A DNA stretch of 32,000 nucleotides from Hyperthermus butylicus DSM 5456 (GCF_000015145.1 NC_008818.1:660001-692000); one strand, 5' to 3'. Positions 1-9,248 are shown, counted from the stretch's first letter. Notes: generated from the sequence alone by a model not told the origin. Program-made: numbers and translations.

Positions 1-736
1 TCCGGGGGTTCATGGGGCTCGGGGTGTTTTCGACGCGTATGGTGAGCTTTGAAGCCTCAGAATCCACGTGTATTTCGTGTATGTTCCTCTCCACGGTGGG
101 ATCGGCAACTATCTCAACAGTAGCCTCCTTCTTTGCCGCTAGGGAGAGTGCAGCGGCGACATTCACGTTTGCCGGGAAGTACTTGACGGCTTCGCTGGCG
201 GGGCCCACGTATATCGTTGTCGGCTCCCTAGTCTCGTCCAGGTTTATCCCCTTCTCCCTAACGTACGGTGCGTCCTTAAGCGCTCTAGGCGGTTTCCTGG
301 TGACTAGCCGCACAGACCTTATCCCGTTCAGCGACAGCGCGTAGACAGCATCGAGGCCTGCTATGGCGCCGGACGGTGTGTATATGTGGCGTCTCTTCCG
401 GCGCGCGGCCTCCACGAGTTTTGCCAGGAGGTCCCGGTCCATTAGCGCCCCGACACTGAGCACTATGAGGTCGGCGCCAGACTCTAGAACTCGGAGGCCA
501 TACTCTCTCACGGCCTGCTGGCTCGCCGCCTCGACAACGACGTCTGGCTTCGACCCGAGCAGCTCTTCGAAGCATGAAGCGATGCGTGGCTTGAACCTCT
601 TCAGCTCACTGGCTAGCTTCTCGCAGCGCTCCCTAGCAACGTCGTAGAGGGCTACCAGCTCCGCGTTCTCCACGACACCCTCATCCACTGCCTTGGCGAG
701 TACTGTGCCTATGTTGCCGCATCCTATGACTGCTAC
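1..736 (-). CDS. nadX: L-aspartate dehydrogenase (NadX), partial; C-terminal ~20 aa lie beyond the window start
   Basis: The minus-strand frame is open from 736 to the window edge. It is absent from the ORF track because it has no ATG and runs off the window. My translation reads VAVIGCGNIGTVLAKAV...YTPSGAIAGLDAV...VTRKPPRAL...YFPANVNVAAALSLA...VEIVADPTVERNIHEIHV...VENTPSPMNP. This shows the NadX-family hallmarks: N-terminal GxGxxG, PSGAIxGLD, ADPxxxxNIH and ENxPSPxNP. It lies directly downstream of nadA-nadC. Confidence 0.85.
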
Positions 737-1623
737 GCGGAGCGTAGCTCCCTCACCTCTACAACCCGTAGGCTTAGGTCTACACGCACCGGGCTCATGG
801 TCAGCATGCTCGAGCTAATAATGTCAACTCCGGTGGCAGCGTAGTCAGCCACGTTGGACAGGTCTATCCCACCACTGGCCTCTATGAGTACGCGGTCCCG
901 GAGCCCCCTCCTACCCAGCTCCCCCACTATCTCCGCGACCACTTCGGGGGGCTGATTGTCGATCATCACGATATCGGCGCCAGCCTCTATGGCCTCTACA
1001 GCCTCCTCGAGGCTAGAGACCTCCACCTCGACGCGATGTGCGAAGCTCGTCCTAGCCTTGGCCCGTCGTACAGCCTCTGCCACGCTGCCGGCTATGCGTA
1101 CGTGGTTGTCCTTGACTAGCACGGCGTCGCTAAGGGATAACCTGTGGGTATCGCCGCCGCCAACTGCGACAGCACACTTGGCAAAGTAGCGTAGGCCGGG
1201 CGGAGTCTTCCTAGTTGCCGCGATCCTTACGCGGGGGTTTATACGGTGGGCAGCCTCGACCATCATCCTGGTTGTAGTAGCTACACTAAACGTGTATATG
1301 AGGAGGTTTAGCAGGGTACGCTCGAAGAGTAGTATCCGTCTAGCCTCGCCAGCAACCTCCAGAACCCCCCTTGGCGGCTCGACCCAGGCAGCTTCCTCAA
1401 CAAGCGGCTTGGCATTGAAGCCTAGTATGCGTAGGGCCTCCACAACTGGCTCTAGGCAGGCGGGCACAGCCCGAGACTTGAGCACGACGACTGCACGAGC
1501 CCAGAGCCCGCGGGGTACCGTGTAGCCCGTAGTCAGGTCGCCGAAGGGCGCGTCCTCCTCAACCCATTCAAGCAGCTTTTCCGCAACGGTGTAGGGGTCG
1601 AGGAACAACCCAGCCACCCACAA
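733..1623 (-). CDS. nadC: quinolinate phosphoribosyltransferase (nicotinate-nucleotide pyrophosphorylase)
   Basis: 296-aa ORF with the motifs TRKTPPGLR and AVGGGDTHRLSLSDAVLVKDNH plus a C-terminal TIM-barrel-like part. It is tightly packed between nadA and nadX. Confidence 0.9.
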   Translation of the reverse strand: MWVAGLFLDPYTVAEKLLEWVEEDAPFGDLTTGYTVPRGLWARAVVVLKSRAVPACLEPVVEALRILGFNAKPLVEEAAWVEPPRGVLEVAGEARRILLFERTLLNLLIYTFSVATTTRMMVEAAHRINPRVRIAATRKTPPGLRYFAKCAVAVGGGDTHRLSLSDAVLVKDNHVRIAGSVAEAVRRAKARTSFAHRVEVEVSSLEEAVEAIEAGADIVMIDNQPPEVVAEIVGELGRRGLRDRVLIEASGGIDLSNVADYAATGVDIISSSMLTMSPVRVDLSLRVVEVRELRSA

Positions 1624-1625
1624 GG

Positions 1626-2573
1626 CTACCTTACCATCTCCAGGGAGCGCTCAAGGATTTCGCGGACGCGCCTCGCAATTGGCTCTGGTACGACTACCCT
1701 GGGCTTCAGCGTCTCTAGGGAGTAGAGTATCTTTAGCGGCGTAATCTTCTTCATGTTTATGCAGACGGCTCTGGGGTTGGCGGGTACTATCTTCTTGTCG
1801 GGGTAGAGCCTCCTGGCGCGGTGGACTAGACCCTCCTCGGTACCGATAATGTATACCTCGGCTTCGACCTCGCCTATCCTGCGGAGCATCTGGCTAGTAC
1901 TCCCAACGTAGTCCGCCATGAGTCGGACGGGCCTGGGGGTCTCCGGGTGCACCATCAGGTAGCCGCGGGGATACTGTTCACGCACCTTCCTGACATAGTA
2001 CTCGTCTAGGAGGAACTCGTGGACTGGGCAGATGCCACCAGCAGGGACAGCTACGACGTTTTTCCCGGTAGCCATAGCCACGTGGTCTGCAAGGTTGCGG
2101 TCGGGCGCGAAGAGTATAGTATCCTCTCCCAGCTTCCCAACAAGCTTCACCGCCGAGGCGCTTGTGACGATATAGTCTGCATAGGCCTTTGCGACAGCAT
2201 AGGAGTTGATGTAGATGACGAGAGGTGCACCGGGGTACTTCTCACGATAGCGGCGTAGCAGCTCAAGCCTCGCGTGGTTGGCTAAGGGGCACGTGGCACG
2301 GGGGTCTGGATGCAGTACTATCTTGTCCGGGTTGAGTATCGCAGCCACCTCGGCCATGAAGTTAACCGCTGCCATAACTATGACGTCGGCGTCAACCTCC
2401 ATAGCTTTGCGGGCAAGCTCCAGACTATCCCCGACAAAATCCGCTATATCCTGGATCTCGGGTAGCTGGTAATTATGGGCTAATATAACCGCTCTCCTCT
2501 TCTCCTTCAGCTCCCGGATACGCTCCAGAATAGCCTCCAAACCGTTGCCAGTCAAGGGGCTATTCAGCCCCAA
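1626..2573 (-). CDS. nadA: quinolinate synthase A
   Basis: 315-aa ORF. ILAHNYQLPEIQDIADFVGDSLELAR, VHPETP and the C..MK region are typical of NadA. It ends 2 nt before nadC. Confidence 0.9.
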   Translation of the reverse strand: MGLNSPLTGNGLEAILERIRELKEKRRAVILAHNYQLPEIQDIADFVGDSLELARKAMEVDADVIVMAAVNFMAEVAAILNPDKIVLHPDPRATCPLANHARLELLRRYREKYPGAPLVIYINSYAVAKAYADYIVTSASAVKLVGKLGEDTILFAPDRNLADHVAMATGKNVVAVPAGGICPVHEFLLDEYYVRKVREQYPRGYLMVHPETPRPVRLMADYVGSTSQMLRRIGEVEAEVYIIGTEEGLVHRARRLYPDKKIVPANPRAVCINMKKITPLKILYSLETLKPRVVVPEPIARRVREILERSLEMVR

Positions 2574-2874
2574 GCTAGAACAAGGCCATATCCACCGATA
2601 TATCCTTCGCTACAAAGAGTGTGCATACATTTACACCAAACATTCACACGAGGAAAATAGACCACCGCGACAAGCCCAACCCCCCTCTCCAAGCATTTCA
2701 CAGCCCTTACAGCATCGCACAGCTAAGATACCACAAGACTCTCTTTCATCAGTTGAAGCAGCATAAAATTGTACATGTTTCCCGCTATGTACGGGCTAGA
2801 GGCCCGATAGGTAGGGTCCTCTCGGCTCTTCGTAGCTAAGGGGTTCAATCTGGTAGCCCGCGTATAGGTGCTCT

Positions 2875-3681
2875 CTAGCCGTACATGCTGTAGCACTCTA
2901 TGCTCTTCTCGTGGAGTTGACGGCCTAGCCTCTTGACATACTCTATGTTCTCGATGTTTTCGCGGAGCCTTGCTGGTACTCCTTTGAGCTCGCTGGTGTA
3001 TGCGGCGGCTAGGGGGAGCGCCATCGCTGCAATGGTGTCGGTGTCGCCGCCTAGGCTTATGGCGTACAGCAGTGTCTTGGCCGGGTCCCCCTCTGCTCTA
3101 GCATATGCGTAAACTGCCGCGGCTAGAGCCTCATAGGCTGGCGCGTCGTTGCCCAGGAGTTCGGCGACCATGACAGGGCTCTTGTCGAGGAGGCTGGGTA
3201 CCAGCTGGAGCCTCGACCGGAACTCCTCGTAGCTCGTCTCGGCGGCAAACCTCTCGGGAGGCTGGCGGGGCTCAACACCCTCCAGCGCGTACCGTATCGC
3301 TAGTGCCTGCAGACGGGCAGCCTCGACCCCCAACGGGTGGGCATGTGTTATAGCTGCCTGCGCCTCGGCCATGGACTCCACGAGCCTCCTAGAACGGTAG
3401 AATAGTGGTATCGGGGCAACCCTCGCCGCGGCACCGTTCCCGTAGTTTCCAGCGCCGCCGTAGACCATGCGGGCAGCGTGGAGCCAGTGTCTCCCCCGGC
3501 GGATGGCAGCGATGACCTCGGCGGTGCCAGCATCGTAGAAGCGTACCGGGTTATCGGTATCAGCCTTTTCAGCCATCTTCCTCGCAAACAGGCTAGGGTT
3601 AAACCCGCAAGACTCTATGAGGGGCTCGGCTAGGAGTATAGTCAACTCAGTATCATCGCTGTATGGGTAGAATTCATGCAC
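2875..3681 (-). CDS. ADP-ribosylglycohydrolase family protein; family homology continues upstream to an ATG at 3819 across an in-frame TAG at 3781-3783
   Basis: 268-aa ORF with the C-terminal GGDTDTIAAMA motif of the DraG/ARH family. Upstream, in the same frame, I read MVASWLPLFSKQ*RWGDAAGLRLEYGWPPP. This is the N-terminal GDAxG metal-site motif, and it is separated from the ORF by a stop. Confidence 0.75.
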   Translation of the reverse strand: MHEFYPYSDDTELTILLAEPLIESCGFNPSLFARKMAEKADTDNPVRFYDAGTAEVIAAIRRGRHWLHAARMVYGGAGNYGNGAAARVAPIPLFYRSRRLVESMAEAQAAITHAHPLGVEAARLQALAIRYALEGVEPRQPPERFAAETSYEEFRSRLQLVPSLLDKSPVMVAELLGNDAPAYEALAAAVYAYARAEGDPAKTLLYAISLGGDTDTIAAMALPLAAAYTSELKGVPARLRENIENIEYVKRLGRQLHEKSIECYSMYG

Positions 3682-4291
3682 GCCAATAAGCTCCTCAAGC
3701 TCCGGGAAATCCTCAAGCCACCTCTCCAGCGGAGGAGGCCAGCCATACTCTAGCCGGAGCCCAGCAGCATCCCCCCACCGCTACTGCTTCGAGAACAGCG
3801 GAAGCCAGCTCGCCACCATACCCTCCAACCGGCATGCATGCACCCACTTACACACGTACATATGGGCTGCTATTCTGTAGCCTCTCCAACAGCCCTACAA
3901 CGGCAGTATACTGTACAGCTATGCACGCCTCGTCAATCACCACTAGCTCTCCGCAGCCCCCTACGCTTCTGACCGATATCAAACTTGCGAACAGCGGGCA
4001 AACCAAGTACTATCATGCTGGAGCTTGTAAGTAGCTATATCGAGATCCAGCCTATCGTACCATGCCCGGCGGGTACCTGCCGGTGATAGTAAGTGACAAA
4101 TTCGGAGGCTGCCATGGAGAGGCTACATCGCATGCAGTTGCACTATACGAGCCGGCAGCCTTGATCCGGTTGAAGAGCTAGGTTAAACTATGGGCAAGTA
4201 AAGATGTCATAGTAGAAGTCATCGTGATAAGAAACTTGAGAGATGAGCACTGCTGCAACAGTAATCGATCCTAGTCATGGCACGCGGCTGG

Positions 4292-4522
4292 CTAGGCTAG
4301 CTTTTCGAGTATCTTCTTGCGTAGCATCTCATACTCTTCTCTCGTAATGACTCCTTCGTCTAGTAGGCGTTTTAGCTTTTCAAGCTTCTCAATTGGGTCC
4401 TCCTCGGACTTTATGGTCTGAATCTGTTGTTGCTGCGGCTGTATTGCTGCTCTAGTAATTATCTCCTTTGGTTTCTCGAGGATCCACTCTTCCGTTATAA
4501 TGTGCTTCTTCTTGACGATCAC
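4292..4522 (-). CDS. SHOCT-domain small protein
   Basis: 76-aa ORF. The C-terminal PIEKLEKLKRLLDEGVITREEYEMLRKKILEKL matches the SHOCT pattern. Its GTG start overlaps the stop of the upstream bPH gene (GTGA). Confidence 0.65.
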   Translation of the reverse strand: MIVKKKHIITEEWILEKPKEIITRAAIQPQQQQIQTIKSEEDPIEKLEKLKRLLDEGVITREEYEMLRKKILEKLA

Positions 4523-4875
4523 GGGGGCTCTATGGCTATTCTCTTTAGTGCCTCCTTTATGGCCTCCATGGCTTGTTTTGCTCTATCCTTGTCCATCCAG
4601 TCTAGGTTGATGTTCTTATCTTCTTCTAGTTCGAGCCGGAACTCCGAGCCGATAACGCCAGCGCGGTAGTATACACGCTGTAGCTTCTCGTAGGGTATGG
4701 AGACTAGCTCGTAGCGGCCCAGCAGCTTTTCGTCGAAGACTATTATCCTTCTAGTGGTTACTACAAGCCATTTAGGCTTCTCGAGCGCTATGCGCTGCTG
4801 CTTTACAGCCTTGATAATTGCCTCGTCGGGCTCCAGGTTTTCTGCAAGCTTTCGGGGAATCTTCGCATCAGACAT
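4519..4875 (-). CDS. bacterial-type PH domain (bPH_2/YdbT-like) protein
   Basis: The ORF-track entry 4519..4986 is trimmed to the internal ATG at 4875 (MSDAKIPRKL...). EPDEAIIKAVKQQ...WLVVTTRRIIVFDEKLLGRYELVSIPYEKLQRV fits the bPH_2 pattern. The N-terminal 37 aa of the long ORF look non-coding. Confidence 0.65.
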   Translation of the reverse strand: MSDAKIPRKLAENLEPDEAIIKAVKQQRIALEKPKWLVVTTRRIIVFDEKLLGRYELVSIPYEKLQRVYYRAGVIGSEFRLELEEDKNINLDWMDKDRAKQAMEAIKEALKRIAIEPP

Positions 4876-5212
4876 AGAGCAGCCACTCCTCCAAGCTGGT
4901 ATACGTAGCTGGCGTATTTTTCCAGGGGCACCTCTTCTCCAGGGGCTGGATAGCAGTACCCAGCATAATAGGTGTGTGGCACCCATACCCGCCTGTGTCG
5001 GCTAGAATTTATGCCCTTGTGGAGGTATAACATCTGTGTGGTTTCCGGTTTACCGTATCGGTTAGTAATAATAATTCAGGATGATGGATATTGTTATCAG
5101 AAAATAATCGATTTATCGTATTGGCGTAGCTGCTAGGCCCTTGGAGCATAGATGATATCGTACCATTGTGGAGCATGTAGCTGAGCAGGAGTGCACGGTG
5201 AGAGTGGTAGGG

Positions 5213-5607
5213 GTGGACGTGGAGGATTTTGTACTAGTCTTCGTTGGTGGAGGCCTCGGTGCTGTATCGAGATGGGTTCTCTCAAGCATCGTGCAGCGGC
5301 ATGCAGGTATACTGTTCCCCTGGTGTACGCTTGCGGTAAACGTGATAGGGTAACTCTTGCTGGGCTTTGTTATGGGGCATCTAAGCTGTACGGTGTTTTC
5401 ACGAGGGAGCAGCGATTGCTAATAGCTACCGGGTTTGCTGGTGGGTTTACAACGTTCTCAACGTTCTCCTATGAGACTCTAGCATTGCTCGCTGAGGCAC
5501 CGCTCTACGGCCTGGCGAATATTATGGCTAACGTATTAGGCGGCCTCCTAGCAGCATACTCTGGGTACGTGCTTGCAAGTGTAATTCATGCAAAGCCGGT
5601 GGCTTAG
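5213..5607 (+). pseudogene. crcB: fluoride channel CrcB/Fluc, disrupted (TAA at 5351-5353 plus a frame change)
   Basis: The N-terminal half is in the frame of ORF 5168..5353 (VLVFVGGGLGAVSRWV...FPWCTLAVNVIG*). The C-terminal half is in the frame of ORF 5191..5607 (REQRLLIATGFAGGFTTFSTFSYE...GLANIMANVLGGLLA). Joined, they make a canonical ~130-aa CrcB. A GTG start at 5213 or 5219 is more plausible than 5168. Confidence 0.8.
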
Positions 5608-5913
5608 ACTGAGGATATATATTGGGGAGCGCGACAAGTACCGTGGAAAACAATTGTACCTCTATTTGCTCCACTTCTTCAAGAGCCGGAGGTGAAGGGG
5701 GCAACAGTTTACCGTGGAATAGCTGGTTACGGCTCGCATAGTCTCATCCATACAGCTGATATTCTGCGTCTCTCCGAGGACCTACCAGTAGTAGTTGAGG
5801 TCGTTGACGAGGAGGATGTGATACGCTCGATACTGCCGGAAGCGAAGAAGGTTGTAGGTGAGGGCCTCATAACTCTCGAGCCTGTAGAGGTTATCTACTA
5901 TGGGCATGGTTGA
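5588..5913 (+). pseudogene. DUF190 (PII-like, commonly crcB-linked) protein, frameshifted
   Basis: From ATG 5588 the frame reads MQSRWLRLRIYIGERDKYRGKQLYLYLLHFFKSRR*, with TGA at 5693-5695. The rest of the family sequence (VKGATVYRGIAGYGSHSLIHTADILRLSEDLPVVVEVVDEEDV...) is in the ORF-track frame 5692..5913. Joined, they give ~108 aa, the normal DUF190 size. Confidence 0.7.
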
Positions 5914-5946
5914 GAGGGCGATCATGTAGAAAAGTGTGTTGGGGTC

Positions 5947-7128
5947 CTAGATCTCTGTAGCAAGGCCGGGGCCTGGAGCTGGCTCCACAGTTACACCCTC
6001 CGCTGTAGCCCTGTATCTCGGCGAGTTCCTGGCAGGGTCTTTCTCGAGGAAGAGCGGCGAGTCGAGGTCCACGTAGCGGGTGGCAGTGCTGGTAAGGGCT
6101 GCATGTAGCGCCTGGGCTATGCCGAGCCCTGTCTCCGCCATGCAGCCCCACATGACCTGGAGCCCGTGAGCCTCAGCTAGCGATGCGATTCTGGCGGCCT
6201 GGAGTGGCCCGCCAGCCTTTGCTATCTTAATGTTGATGACGTCGGCTGCGCCCATGGCGGCCACCCTGGCGGCCTCAACGGGGCTCCGCGCGGACTCGTC
6301 CGCTGCAATCGGCACGTCCACACGCTCCTTCACGTAGCGTAGTCCCTCGAGGTTCCATGCTGGCACGGGCTGCTCAACAAGCTCTAGGGCGTCGCCGAGT
6401 GTGTTCTCGAGCCTATGTATTACACGGACAGCCTCCTTTGGGGACCAGGCCTGGTTAGCGTCCACACGTATCCTGGCACGGCCCCTCGAGGCCTCATAAG
6501 CAGCTAGCACAAGCTGCGCGTCAAGCAAGGGATCACCTGTCCCAACCTTCACCTTAAGCACGTTGAACCCCTGGATCGACGGTACAGGTATGGGCGGCTC
6601 CTCCGGGGGCTTAGAGCGTAGCCCAACAATGTACTCTATAGTCTCGGCGTATAGCTCCCAGCCACGGCCACTCCTCCCAGCAATATCCCTAGCCACCCCG
6701 AGATCCGGTATTGATACCGTGTAGTCGGTAACCAGCCTCTCAGCAACACGGCCACCAAGCAGATTGTATACAGGCACTCCAAACAGCTTACCTACAGCAT
6801 CAAGTATTGCCGACTCCAACGCAGCCCTAGCAGAGCTAAACCCAAGCCCATACCCGTGGATCACGCGTAGAGCCTTGCCCATCTCCTCTGGCAGAGAGAG
6901 GCCCCTCAGCTGCCCCGAGACAAGCCCCACGTACGACCCAATAGAGTCTATGGTCTCCCATGTAACCATCTTGCTTGGAGAAGCCTCGCCAAACCCAATA
7001 GTGCCATCCTCAAGCACAACCTTGACAACCACGCTCCTAGATACGCTAGCCGCAGAGTAGGCTATGCGGAAGACTCCACGAATCCTAGCCTCGACGACAA
7101 AGTATTCAACTCGGCTGATACGCGGCAA
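5947..7128 (-). CDS. enolase-superfamily enzyme (mandelate racemase/muconate lactonizing family, dipeptide-epimerase-like)
   Basis: Motifs include VLKVKVG, RIRVDANQAW, VEQPV, PIAADES, DVINIKIAKAGG and MWGCMAETGLG. The ORF track extends to 7272. The family N-domain starts at ...ISRVEYFVVEARI, so the in-frame TTG at 7128 is my preferred start. Confidence 0.8.
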   Translation of the reverse strand: MPRISRVEYFVVEARIRGVFRIAYSAASVSRSVVVKVVLEDGTIGFGEASPSKMVTWETIDSIGSYVGLVSGQLRGLSLPEEMGKALRVIHGYGLGFSSARAALESAILDAVGKLFGVPVYNLLGGRVAERLVTDYTVSIPDLGVARDIAGRSGRGWELYAETIEYIVGLRSKPPEEPPIPVPSIQGFNVLKVKVGTGDPLLDAQLVLAAYEASRGRARIRVDANQAWSPKEAVRVIHRLENTLGDALELVEQPVPAWNLEGLRYVKERVDVPIAADESARSPVEAARVAAMGAADVINIKIAKAGGPLQAARIASLAEAHGLQVMWGCMAETGLGIAQALHAALTSTATRYVDLDSPLFLEKDPARNSPRYRATAEGVTVEPAPGPGLATEI

Positions 7129-7646
7129 GACTGCAGGCCTCCACAGCGTAACTAGTGGCCGAGACCGAGAATAATTATAATAGTGACTATTAGAGGCCCC
7201 TCCATGGAGAAGCCTCCATAGTCTCTCCCTGGGCCAAGCCTTTGCGATTAGAGGACCGGTACACTCCACCACGCCTTCCTCGACATGGCTGCAGCTTCGC
7301 TATACGCCGTAGCTACTGGTATACAGCCGGCAGCAGCGACAACTACACCAGCCGTGAGCGTAAGCATAATCGCTGCCGTCGTGGCGGACATTCTCGCTAT
7401 CCATGCTCTCCACGCCAAGCCTACACCGGGATTCGCCGGGCTCCCAATAAACGGCTAGTCTCAGCCATGCTGGCCCCAGCCTGCCGAGAAACATAGCGGT
7501 ACACGTAATCCACGCAGGCCACGCCAGCAAGCCCATAGGCTGCAGTGGCGCGGAGAAGCCCCGCCTAGATAGTGACCCAGCTATCCCGGGATGAGTGTTC
7601 GGCTGCACTGTTTGTGGGGTGGTCGTGGTAATAAGCTATTTTAACA

Positions 7647-8510
7647 GTGTTCTATCCTACTCTCTCGCCCGGAGCAAAGCAAGTGTATAGAGGTGGAAGC
7701 GTGGCAGGAACCTCCCGAACACTAGTTATTGCAGCCATCGTAGCCATAGCCGTCATTGTAGGTGGCGTAGCATACTGGTATGCCGGAGGGGGCGGCGGAG
7801 AAGGCAAGAAGATCCTAGTTGTTGGTACGTCGCCCGACTTCCCGCCGTTCGAGTACATTGCTAAGAATGGTAGTGTTGTCGGCTTCGACATAGAGCTGAT
7901 AAGGCTGGTGGCGAAGAAGGCTGGCTACGACGACATAGAGATAAGAACCATGGACTTCGACGCGCTGATCCCGGCGCTGGAGCAGGGCCAGATAGACGTC
8001 ATAGCAGCGGGGATGACTATTACTGAGGAGAGGAAGCAGAGGGTCGACTTCACCATACCATACTGGCAGGTTGACCAGGCTATACTCGTAAGGGCCGACT
8101 CGGAATTCAGGCCGAAGAGTGTTGAGGAGCTGAGCGGCAAGACTGTTGGAGTCCAGACGGGCACCACGGCAGCGGACTACCTTAATAAGATTGTGGAGGA
8201 GAAGGGACTCAACATAAACATCAAAGAGTATAGCAGCTACGTACTTGCCGTAAACGACCTCATCGCTGGGAGGATAGACGCGGTTATGGTTGATACGCCG
8301 GTTGCGAAGATGTTCGAGAAGCAGTACAAGGACAAGCTAGTAATATCAGCTGTGATTGAGACTGGTGAGAAGTACGGGTTTGCAGTGAGGAAGGGTAACA
8401 CCGAGCTACTAGACAAGCTCAACAAGGCCCTTGAAGATATAATGAATAGCCCCACCTGGGACGAGCTGGTGCAGAAGTATTTCGGCAGCGAGCAGCTACC
8501 ATATACTTAA
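7647..8510 (+). CDS. polar amino-acid ABC transporter substrate-binding protein (PBP type 3) with N-terminal membrane anchor
   Basis: 287 aa. An N-terminal TM segment and Gly-rich linker are followed by LVVGTSPDFPPFEY, DVIAAGMTITEERKQRVDFTIPY and DAVMVDTPVA, typical of GlnH/HisJ-like binding proteins. Confidence 0.9.
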   Translation: MFYPTLSPGAKQVYRGGSVAGTSRTLVIAAIVAIAVIVGGVAYWYAGGGGGEGKKILVVGTSPDFPPFEYIAKNGSVVGFDIELIRLVAKKAGYDDIEIRTMDFDALIPALEQGQIDVIAAGMTITEERKQRVDFTIPYWQVDQAILVRADSEFRPKSVEELSGKTVGVQTGTTAADYLNKIVEEKGLNINIKEYSSYVLAVNDLIAGRIDAVMVDTPVAKMFEKQYKDKLVISAVIETGEKYGFAVRKGNTELLDKLNKALEDIMNSPTWDELVQKYFGSEQLPYT

Positions 8511-8561
8511 TACTCAGCGTAGCGAGTAGCCAGGCACACGGCCCGGGGAGCGTGTACGGGC

Positions 8562-9248
8562 TTGCCCTCGCTCTCCAGCATTTTTGAAAACCTAGAACCC
8601 TACATTGGTGTAATCCTTTCGGGGCTGCCCAACACGCTCATACTAACCTTTGGCGGGTTCGGCATAGGCCTAATTGTCGGCCCCCTGCTAGCCTTCCTAG
8701 AGGTCTATGGCCCCAGGCCCCTCGCGAGGCTCGCGGCGGCGGTTGAGGAGGTTATCCGCGGCATACCCCTTCTAGTTATAATGTTCCTAGTCTACTTTGG
8801 GCTTCCAGAGCTAGGCGTGAGACTGGACCCCCTCACGGCCGCAGTTGTATCGATAGGCATCAGGAGTCTCGCCTACCAGTCGCAGATCATTAGGAGCGCT
8901 ATACTATCGATACCCGCTGGGCAGTGGGAGGCAGCCCTAGCCCTAGGCATGAGCCCTCTCGAGGCATTCGTGAACGTCATTGCGCCCCAGGCGTTCCGCA
9001 TAGCGATACCCGGCCTCGTAAACCAGTTCACCGTAGACCTCAAGGACACATCGATAGCCTACGCTATAGGCGTCGCGGAGATATTCACACAGTCCGTCCA
9101 CGTGGCACAGATTATCCTTGACTACCTCTCACCACTCCTCTTCGTGGGCCTCATCTACTTCATACTCACCTATACGGCAAGCAGTCTTGCCTCAATCCTG
9201 TACCGCAGAGTGGCGATACCAGGCCTGGGCGGAGGTGCACAGCCGTGA
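8562..9248 (+). CDS. amino-acid ABC transporter permease (HisM/GlnP type)
   Basis: 228-aa polytopic protein with the EAA-loop region GQWEAALALGMSPLEAFVNVIAPQAFRIAIPGLVNQF. Its stop overlaps the ATPase start. Confidence 0.9.
   Translation: MPSLSSIFENLEPYIGVILSGLPNTLILTFGGFGIGLIVGPLLAFLEVYGPRPLARLAAAVEEVIRGIPLLVIMFLVYFGLPELGVRLDPLTAAVVSIGIRSLAYQSQIIRSAILSIPAGQWEAALALGMSPLEAFVNVIAPQAFRIAIPGLVNQFTVDLKDTSIAYAIGVAEIFTQSVHVAQIILDYLSPLLFVGLIYFILTYTASSLASILYRRVAIPGLGGGAQP

Noticed and set aside
2791-2860. tRNA-like element. It has a perfect 7-bp acceptor-like pairing (CGGGCTA 2791-2797 with TAGCCCG 2853-2859), a D-arm-like GGCC/GGTC stem with a GG-containing loop, and a GGTTCAATC T-loop-like string.
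   Set aside because: With standard numbering the element is ~5 nt too short. The T-stem has no complementary 3' strand (TGGTA instead of CCCCT-like). The anticodon arm gives only a 4-bp stem with a 6-nt loop. It is more likely a chance or terminator-type hairpin after the ADP-ribosylglycohydrolase gene, or a decayed tRNA remnant. tRNAscan-SE or ARAGORN would settle it.
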